DNA of 64,000 bases from Anaeramoeba ignava BMAN (lineage: Eukaryota; Protista; Anaeramoebae). Each line of letters opens with the position of its first letter. Within the stretch, counting starts at the first letter, position 1. The notes under the pieces were generated by a model. It was not told the origin of the DNA. It saw only the letters and a program-made list of their open reading frames with translations, and searched no databases. Of this stretch, positions 54,374 to 64,000 are shown one piece after another. The position numbers and the translations under genes were made by a program. Where the stretch lies: positions 806,001-870,000 of the forward strand of contig JAPDFW010000059.1 of assembly GCA_028826165.1 (NCBI GenBank). Reading direction: 5' to 3'.

Positions 54374-57300
54374 TCATTTCTTCTTTTTTGGAATTTCCTT
54401 TTGAAATCTCGAAATCTTTTTTTGAACAAGATCTTCTTGAGAAAGTTGAGTTTTGGAAATTGATCCTTCTTTAAGATATTTGAATAAATTTTTAACTGTA
54501 ACATCATCTTCTTTTGGAATTTCTTGAGGGGATTTTGACTCTTGGGGACTTTTTGCTTTTTTTTGTTTTTCCCTCTGTTTTCTTTTTTCCTTTTTTTCTT
54601 TTGCTTTTTCCAAATCGACTCTTTTCTTTTCATTATCTTTTGCGGCTTTTTGGAAAGCAACTAAGAAATCATGGAAAATCAAGAAAAAATCTGTTGAAAC
54701 CATTTTTGCAGGATCTTCACCAAAAAATTTAACAACGGTATCAAAAGAGTTCTTCATAACCTTTGCATTCTTTTCCAAACTTACGAATTTTTCATTTGAC
54801 GTTTTGAGGAAAGTGTTAATCTTATTGAAAACAAGTTGTTCGTCCTTGAACAACGGAGCATGTGTTTCAACGGTTTTAAGACTTGCTCGAATTTCCGTGA
54901 TGTCTTTTTGGATCGTTTCAATGGCAACATAAGTTCCTGAAAAAGTCTTTTTGGATCTCATAAGAAACGTCTATCAAATCGGGGTTATTTTTGTAAACCA
55001 AGTTTGCAATATAGTTGATAAATGATAATGAGTTATCAACTACGGATCGTGTTTGTCCGATTTTTGTCAAGAAATCAATTTTGAATCCGACTGCGTTTGA
55101 TCGTTTTGTTGCTGAGTTTGCGAAGTTGCCGATAAGAAGGATGTATGAGAGAATCTTTTTAAGAAGTGGCGATTCAATCAGAATGGATGAAGCACTGTGG
55201 ATGTTTTTGATGTAAGTTAAAATTTCACCAATTTTTTCATCAGTATGTAATTGGATTGAAAAAACCTCAATTCGTTGAGGAAGCTTGTCGATCCGCAAGG
55301 AATCGTACATAAACTTATCTGCAAACTCGAGTTTTTCAGGTTCTCCTTTATATCCCAATAGCGTTCGACTTTCTTCTTCTCTTGGAAGAATAACTTGGAA
55401 AGTTGTCAGTTTTTCGAAATCAAAAACATTTTGATCAAAATTCACAATTGCTTGGAATAGCATTTCAGGCGTCATCTTCCAGTTCTTCAGAACAGTCGAT
55501 ACAATTTCTGTGCGTTTTGCATCGATCATTGTGACTTTCTTCTTGGATTCTTCTTTGTTTGATTTTTTGTCTTCCTTCTCAATTTTCTGGACGCAAAAAT
55601 GATTTTCGATGAATTGGAAATCGGGAACAAAATCGGATTTTTGGAGATCCGAAACAATGACTTTCCAAATAGTTGATTCGTAGTTTCTGAACGGGATTTT
55701 ATTCCAATAAAACTGTTTCATTTTAACATTTGGTTCAGGAAGTTCGAAAACTTTAACTTCTTGATATAAACCAGGACCGCCCATTGGTGGAGGCGGACCT
55801 CCCATTGGTGGTGGTGGTCCTCCCATTGGTGGTGGTGGTCCTCCCATTGGTGGCGGCGGACCTCCCATTGGTGGTGGTGGTCCTGCTCCTCCTGTTGGTG
55901 GTGGAAATACCCCGAATTGAGGAGGAAATACTCCAATTTTTGGTTGTGAATTTTCATTGGATAAAGGTGATTTCATCAAACTATCAAGATTGATCAACTC
56001 AAGATCCCGTGAATCGTTTTCCTTTTTTTCTAATGAATCTTCATTTCCATCCATTTCATTACTGTTATTGCTATTATTATTGTCATTATTATCCTTGCTA
56101 AATTGTGATCTGAATCCCTTCGCTTGATTTGAAAATCCTCTCACCAAATCTCTTGGTGTATCAGGCTCATCAACTCCATCTTGCAGCTCCGTTCCAAAAA
56201 AGCTTTCTTTCAATTTCAATAGTCTGTTTCTCGAGGAAATATCCGAGAAATCATCTTCGTCAAAACCTTTTCGTGCGAGTTTCTTGAGTTCTTCGTAAAG
56301 TTTCTCAATTTCCTTTTGGATCGCCATTTTTTCTTCTGTTGATAATTCACTGTTTTTCATCATGTTTTCTTTCTCCTCAATTTGCTTGAGAATCTCAATT
56401 TTCTTATGTTGGTCTTCAACGATCGGGTCAACAATCTTGATCAACGATGATTCGAATTGCATTCTTTGAGTAATTGAAGGTAATTGATTGAATATTTGGA
56501 GATTTATGAAATCATCGGGTGTTTCAATCAAATAGCTCATAATCAAATCCAAAAATCGCCACATCAAAACATCTGCCGAATGCTTTGCCAACATTGATAA
56601 TTTGTGGGAGATTGATTGGAAGGTTCCGTATTGAGGAGAGTCTCTGAGCTCGTTGTTTAGTCTTGTGAGCAAGATTAATGGACTAATATATTCTTCTCCC
56701 CGAAGTTTCATTTGCTCTTCATCAATCTGCTTTTGGTTCAGGTAGTTTGAGATCTGGAGATCAATTTTCGGCACTCCTAACTCCATTAATTCATGTTCCA
56801 TTATCACAGAAAGTCCTGCTTGATCGAGTTCATCCCGAATTATCATTCTATTTGTTACTAAATTTGGTCGAGAAATTAAGCAATTCATTAGAAGAAGGAA
56901 GTTTTCTTTGTAAACTAAGTCTTTTTCTTTTTTGAGAGTTTTGACGAAAGAATGAAAGCGGAATCTTTCGTATCCAATTTCTTTAGCTTGAGTGAATCCA
57001 TTTAAGACGAGTCTTTATAAAATATTTCAAATAAATATTTCAAATAAATATTTTAAATAAATATTAAATAAATATTTTATATAAGTATTTTATATAAATA
57101 TTTTATATAAATATTAAATAAATATTTTATATAAATATTTTAAATAGATATTAAATAAATATTTTAAATAAATTTTTTAAATAGATATTAAATAAATATT
57201 TTAAATAAATTTTTTAAATAAATATTAAATAAATTTTTTAAATAAATATTAAATAAATATTAAATATATTTTAAATAAATTATTAATAAATTTTAAGTAA

Positions 57301-60300
57301 ATATTTTAAATAAATATTAAATAAATTTTATATAAATATTTACAAATAAGCCTTTTCGGAATATAATATAAAAACTGCTAAAAGCTTCATGATTTTTTTT
57401 TTCGCTTCTAAATTATCTGAATAAAGCATTAAAACTAATTCTTTAATGTAATCTCTTTTTTTTCTAATTGCTGTAATTCCTCCTTGTTTTTCCATAATTT
57501 TTTTAATAACACCAATACATAATATTTCAATTAATCTATCAAGTGAATTTCTTTTTGTTTTTTGTCTTTTTTGTGAAACAATTTGAAAAAGTAAATGTAA
57601 TCCTCCAATTTCAATAAATTTTTGAGTCCAAACAGAATCTTTTAACTTAATATTATATTTCAAATCTTCTAAAGTATAAGGAACAGGATAAACTTCTAAT
57701 CTCACATAAAAATTTTCAGGAGTTTCAATAGTTCGATTGATTTTTGTTAAAGAAACCTATTTATTTTTTTTTAAAAATTAAAAATTGAAAAATTAAAAAA
57801 TCGAAAAATTTAAAAAATTAAAAATATTGATTACCATTTCAGGAATATTTTTAAACTTTTTAACACTAGGACTCATCATATAAACTGTTGAAAAATCTTG
57901 GAAATAAAAACCTATTCTTGTTCCTTCTGCGTGATCAAGTATTGAAAAATCTGCAATAAGTGAAATTTCATCACCATCTTGAAGTTTTTTTACTTCTTTT
58001 CTTCCAATAAGTTTTCCATTTAAATATGTTCCATTTCTACTTAAATCTTGAATATAACAACCAGGTGCATTTTTGTGATATGATGTTACACAAAATATTT
58101 TAGTATGGTAACTTGAAATTTCCATTGAAGAAAATCTAACTTCACAATCTCGATGTCTTCCAAGAAGCATAGCTGGTTTTGATAAATCAAATGAATCTTG
58201 TTCTGGAAATAAACTATTTTGAATATAAATTAAATATAAATTGAATTGAATATTGAATATTGAATATTGAATATAAATTGAATATTGAATATTGAATTGA
58301 ATATTGAATATTGAATTGAATATTGAATATTGAATATTGAATATTGAATTGAATATTGAATATTGAATATTGAATTGAATATTGAATATTGAATTGAATA
58401 TTGAATTGAATATTGAATTGAATTGAATATTGAATATTGAATTGAATTGAATATTGAATATTGAATATTGAATATTGAATATTGAAATTGAATATTGAAT
58501 ATTGAATATTGAATATTGAATATTGAATATTGAATATTGAATTGAATTGAATGAATATGAAATTGAATATTGAATATTGAATGTGAATATTGAAAATTGA
58601 ATATTTGAATTGAATATTGAATATTGGAATTGAAATTGAATATTGAATATTGAATGAATATTGAATGAATGAATTGAAATCGAATATTGAATATTGAAAT
58701 TGAATATGAATATTGAATATTGAATTGAATATTGAAATTGAATATTGAATTGAATTGAATATTGAATCGAAAATTGAATATTGAATTGAAAATCGAATAT
58801 TGAATATTGAATGAATATCGAATTGAATATTGGTGAATATTGAATTGAATGAATATTGAATATTGAATCGAAAATTGAATATGAATATGAAAATGGTGAA
58901 TATTGAAATTGAATATTGAATGAATTGAATATTGAATGAATGAAAATTGAATATTTGAATATTGAATTGAAATTGAATTGAATAAATATTGAATATTGAA
59001 TGAATATTGGAATCGAATTGAAATTGGAAATATTGAATATTGAATATTGAATTGAATCGAATGAATATGAATGTGAATAATAATGGCCGAATATTGAATG
59101 AATTGTGAATATTGAATATTGAATTGAATATCGAATATTGAATGAATGATTGAATTGAATTGAATATTGAAAATTGAATATTGAAATTGAAATTGAATTG
59201 AATATTGAATACGAATACGAATTGAATATCGAATCGAATGAATATTGAAATTGGAATTGAATATTGACGAATATTGAATATTGAATGAATATTGAATGAA
59301 TATGAAATCGAATATTGAATATTGAATATTGAATTGAATATTGAATGAATATGAATTGAATATTGAATATTGAATATTGAATGAAAATTGAATATTGAAT
59401 GAATATTGAATGAATTGAATATTGAATATTGAATATTGGAATATTGAATATTGAATTGAATATTGAATTGAATTGAATATTGAATGGAATATTGAATCGA
59501 ATGGTGAATATTGAATGAATGAATTGGGAATTGAATGGAATGAAAATGTGAAATGGATGGAATTGAAATGAATATGAAATTGAAATCGAATGAATATGGA
59601 ATATTGAATATTGAATATTGAAATTGAATATTGAATGAATTGGAATCGAATTAAAAATAAATTGAATATTGAATTGAATTGGAATATAAATATGAATAAT
59701 CGAATGAATATTGAATATTGAAATTGAATATTGAATGAAATGAAATTGAATATTGAAATTGAAACGAATTGAAATAAAATTGAAATGAATATTGGAAATG
59801 AATATTGAATATTGAATATTTGAAATTGAAATTAAATGAATATTGAATATTGAATATTGAATCAAATTGAATATTGAAATCGAACTTGCGGAATATTGAA
59901 TATTGAATATTGAATTGAATATTGAATTGTATACTTGAATTGAATCCGATTGAAAATTGAATATTGAATATTGAATATTGAATATTGAAATGGGAAATGA
60001 ATATTGAATATTGAATTGAATATTGAATAATGGAATATTGAATGGAATTGAATATCGATTGAATATTGAATATTGAATATTGAATATTGAATATTGAAAT
60101 TGAATATTGAATGAAATTGAATATTGAATCAAAATGAATATTGAATATTGAATATTGAATGAATTGAAATTGAATATTGAATATTGAATATTGAATATTG
60201 AATATTGAATATTGAATGAAAATTGAATGAATTGAATATTGAATATTGAAATTGAATATTGAATATTGAACGAATATTGAATATTGAATATTGAATATTG

Positions 60301-60827
60301 AATATTGAATTAAATATTGAATTAAATATTAAATTGAATATTGAATATTGAATATTGAATATTGAATTGAATATTGAATTGAATATTAAATATTAAATAT
60401 TGAATTGAATATTGAATATTAAATTGAATATTGAATATTGAATATTGAATTAAATTGAATATTGAATATTAAATTGAATATTGAATTGAATAGAAATTTA
60501 ATATAAATTGAATTGAATATAAATTAGATCATTTCCAAAATATTATTTTAATATAAAAGATCTTTAGTTTATGGAATTAAAAAAAAACCCCAAAGAACAA
60601 GTTATTTTTACATAATAAAAAAATAATTTGTTTTGGTTTGTTTTGGTTTGTTTTGGTTTGTTTTGGTTTGTTTGGTTTTGTTTGGTTAAATTAATTTATA
60701 TGTTGGAATTATTAATAAAAAATTTAAAGAGAAAATAAAACAAAGTAATAAAAAAATAATTTAAATAAACAAAACAAAACAAAAAATACCTTATTAATCG
60801 ACCCCAAACTTTTCCTAACTCACTCAT
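54374..60827 (-). CDS. FHA-domain formin (FHA, GBD/FH3, FH1, FH2); apparent 1-nt frameshift near 54945
   Basis: Exon 1 MSELGKVWGRLIS, then a 2.6-kb intron. FHA LGRHRDC..ISSYH..QDLSRNGTYLNG; WTQKFIEIGGL; poly-Pro (GGPPPPM)n; FH2 MKQFYWNKI..GNFAN..AVGFKIDFLTKI..FFGEDP. Confidence 0.88.
58230..60520. repeat. (TTGAATA)n heptamer-based array in formin intron 58214-60789
   Basis: Visible repeat, degenerate in the middle; it accounts for most of the 779-aa IQYSIFN ORF. Confidence 0.9.
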
Positions 60828-61297
60828 TTAGATAGAGAAAAAGAAAAAGAAAAAAAAAGAAAAAGAAAAAGAGAAAAAAGAAAAAAGAAAGAGAATGAAA
60901 AAAATGAAAAAAATTTTTTTCTAATTAATAAACAAAAACAAAAACAAAAACAAATTTTCTCTTTTTAATGAGATTTTAAATTTGTTTTAAAGTAAATTTT
61001 CCTTTTCAGAATTTTATTTTCTCTTTCAAAAAAAAAAGAAATAATTTAAGAAAAATTAAAAATTTAAGAAAAATTAAATCTTTAAAGAAATTAAATTAAA
61101 ATAAAACAAAATAAATTAAAAAAAAGACAAGAATTGAATTAAAAATTATTAAAGAATACAAAAATAATTCCGATCATTATTTATTATTTAAAATTCCAAA
61201 AAAAAATTTCCAATAAAATAAAAATCAAAAAATCAAAAAAAAATTTTTTTCATTTTTTTTTTTTCATTTTTTTTCTTTTTTATTATTTTATTTTTTA

Positions 61298-64000
61298 ATG
61301 ACATCTCCTCAAAAAAAATTTACAAATCCAAATTTATCAACAATTTCTCGACCAAAAAATCCACAAATTGTTCAATTACCACCAAAATTACCACCAAAAC
61401 CTCAACCAGAATTATTTCGAAATTCTCGTTCAAATATCCATTTTCAGCATTTCAATCAAAAACAATTTCGCAAAAGACCTGAACAAAAATCATTTAAAGT
61501 AAAATTTTTTATTATTATGAATATATTTAACGATTTTTAAAATTTTTTTTTAAATATTTTTTCTTCTTTTTTTTTTTAAAAAATTAAAAAGAATTTCAAT
61601 AAACCAATTAGAAAAGAAATTGTAATGCCAGAAAAACCTCCAGTAGATTATGAGAAAAATCCTCATTTACGTAAATTATTTGACTTTTATAAACAAGAGA
61701 AATGAAATTTTCAATTAAATTTTTTAATCAAATTTTTCCTATTTAAATTTTTCAATTAAAAGTTTTAAATAATGACGAACAAGAAGATAGATCATTTTGG
61801 TTTGCAAAATTAATGGAAAATAATCCAGAAATTCGTAATTTACATGAAAGAGTTTATCCAATTGAAAGAGCTTTTACGTAATAAAATAACTACTTAATAA
61901 ATTCAAAAATAAATATTTATATTTATAATATTTATATTTATATTTATATTTATATTTTATAATATTTATATTTATATTTATATTTATATTATTTGTATTT
62001 ATATTATTTATATTTATATTTTAAATATTTATATTTATATTTATATTTATATTTTAAATATTCATAATTATGATTGTGGATTATTTTTCTTTTTTAGTTT
62101 TACTAAAACTTATGATCTTGGATTTAATGATCTTTTTGAAAAAATTACAGATGATGATATTTATCAGATTATTTTACAGCATTTATCTTGTCTTGGCTTT
62201 CGAAAAACTAAAGAAACATTAGAAAAAGAAGCAAATATTAAATGTAAAAAAAATTTGAATTAAAAAATTTGAATTAAAAAATTTGAATTAAAAAATTTGA
62301 ATTAAAAAATTTGAATTTTTCTTTTTTAGTTGAGGATAAACATTTTAAAGAAAGTTATCTTCTTTCTATTCTTCGGAAATCAGTTAAAGAAATTGATAAA
62401 GTATTTGATATTGCTTTAGAAGAAAGAGAAGTAGCAATTCCTCGAACATCAAATGTTGAATCAGATTTACAAAATGAACAAGAAAATCAACGAAAAGAAA
62501 AAACCAAAATTATTGATGAAAATGCAGATCGTTCACAAGAATTAATTCAATATTTAGTTGATTTAGGGTTTATTATTTTATTATAATTTATTTTACTTAA
62601 TTTCTTATAGATAAAAAAATTTATAAAAAAAATATAAAAGTTATGAAGATGAAGAAGAAGATATTGAAGATGATATCCCAATTTGGAAAGAACCTCCAAA
62701 TTCAGATCAAAATATTCTTTTTATGGAAGGACCTAAAAAAGGTTAAAACAAAAAGAAAAAAAGAAAAAAGAAAAAAAGAAAAATTTTTTAATCAAATTTC
62801 TTTCAAAATGAATTGTTTTTTTTTTCAAATAGAAATTAAAGCAGCAACACTTAATAAATTAGTTGAAAAACTTACATCAGAACAATCGGATGGAGTTAAA
62901 ACTGATACATTTTTAATGACATTCCCTTCATTTACAACACCAAAACGTTTATTTTATAAATTAGTTCAAAGGTACTTTTTAAAAATTAAAATTAAAATTC
63001 ATTTATAAAACAAAATTAAAATTAAAATCAAAATTAAAATTAAAATTAAAATTAAAATTAAAATTAAAATTTATTTATAAAATTAAAATTAAAATTCATT
63101 TATAAAATTAAAATTAAAAAAGATTTCATGTTCCAAGAGCAAAATCTTTAAATGAAGAAGAATATCTACAAATGAAGAAAACAATACAATTAAAAGTTGT
63201 AAATGTAATTACAAAATGGGTTGAAAAATATTTTTCAAATTTTAACAGTCAATTAGTTCAAGAAATAAAAGATTTTATTGATGAAACTTTGGAAAATGAA
63301 GATCGAAAACTAGCAGAAAAACTAAGAGCAGTTATAACAAAGAAAATTGGAGGAATTGGATCAAAAAAAATAGTTTATGAACCACCAAATATTCCTGATC
63401 CAATTGTTCCCAAAAATATTTTTTCACCAACATTATCTATTTTTGATGTTGATGAAGAAGAAATTGCGAGACAGATGACTCTTATTGATTTTCAATTATA
63501 CACAAAAATTGAGGTTAAAATTAAATTTAAAATTCAAAATTATAAAATTTAAAATTAAAATTATAAAATTAAAATTCATTTATAAAAATTATATTTATAA
63601 AATTAAAATTAAAATTCATTTATAAAATTCATTTATAAAATTAAAATTCATTTATAAAATTATAAAATTTAAAATTATAAAATTTAAAATTAAAATTAAA
63701 ATTAAAATTCATTTATAAAAATTATATTTATTAAATTTAAAATTAAAATTAAAATTCAAAATTAAAATTAAAATTAAAATTCATTTATAAAAATTATATT
63801 TATAAAATTAAAATTATAATTAAAATTATATTTATAAAATTTAAAATAGCCAACAGAATTACTAAATCAATCATGGAATAAATCAAAATACAAACATAAA
63901 GCACCTAATGTATTAGCATTTATACAAAGATTTAATGATGTTTCACTTTGGGTTGCAACAAGTGTTGTTCGACAAGATTCATTAAAATCACGAATGGGAG
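61298..64000 (+). CDS. LisH plus RasGEF (REM and CDC25) protein, Aimless/GefA-like, runs off the window
   Basis: LisH-like DIYQIILQHLSCLGFRKTKETLEKEA; IKAATLNKLVEKLT..TFLMTFPSFTTP; VVNVITKWVE; EEIARQMTLID..ELLNQSWNK..APNVLAFIQRFNDVSLWV. Confidence 0.9.

Noticed and set aside
54918-54961. Frameshift in the formin FH2 domain (pseudogene or recoding)
   Set aside because: It falls on A5/T5 runs, a single-base deletion restores the frame and both sides are intact; probably an assembly error. Check with reads.
57793-60132. 779-aa ORF rich in IQYSIFN
   Set aside because: Mostly translation of an intronic heptamer repeat; only the FHA exon (~58213-57835) is real coding sequence.

Overview
Very AT-rich, intron-rich eukaryotic (protist) genomic DNA using the standard code; TAA and TGA both serve as ordinary stops. 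The tandem RCC1-BTB genes, microsatellite-filled introns and TCATTTT arrays before start codons suggest an Anaeramoeba-like metamonad, but this is inference only. About 22 protein genes were reconstructed by hand across introns: FNTA, an ABHD13-like hydrolase, two LRR paralogs, FAN/NSMAF, three RCC1-BTB genes, PCMT, PGAP3, CNOT2, a TRIM-like gene, MTMR14, an NT5DC-like HAD nucleotidase, an LRR multi-TM receptor, Cys-rich GPI-type proteins, a DUF1748-like gene, an FHA-formin and a LisH-RasGEF. Two signals invisible to the ORF track stand out. (1) A five-exon minus-strand gene (19540-18663) encodes a signal-peptide-bearing Rdx-family selenoprotein with a CGGU motif (in-frame TGA at 18978-18976) and a type II SECIS hairpin in its 3' UTR. 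(2) PGAP3 contains an AT-AC intron (28817-28573) with consensus U12 donor and branch point, implying a minor spliceosome. Other observations: poly-A 3' splice sites, an apparently new intron fusing two tandem gene copies, a catalytically dead ABHD13, one-LRR-per-exon architecture and hypervariable RCC1 loops.
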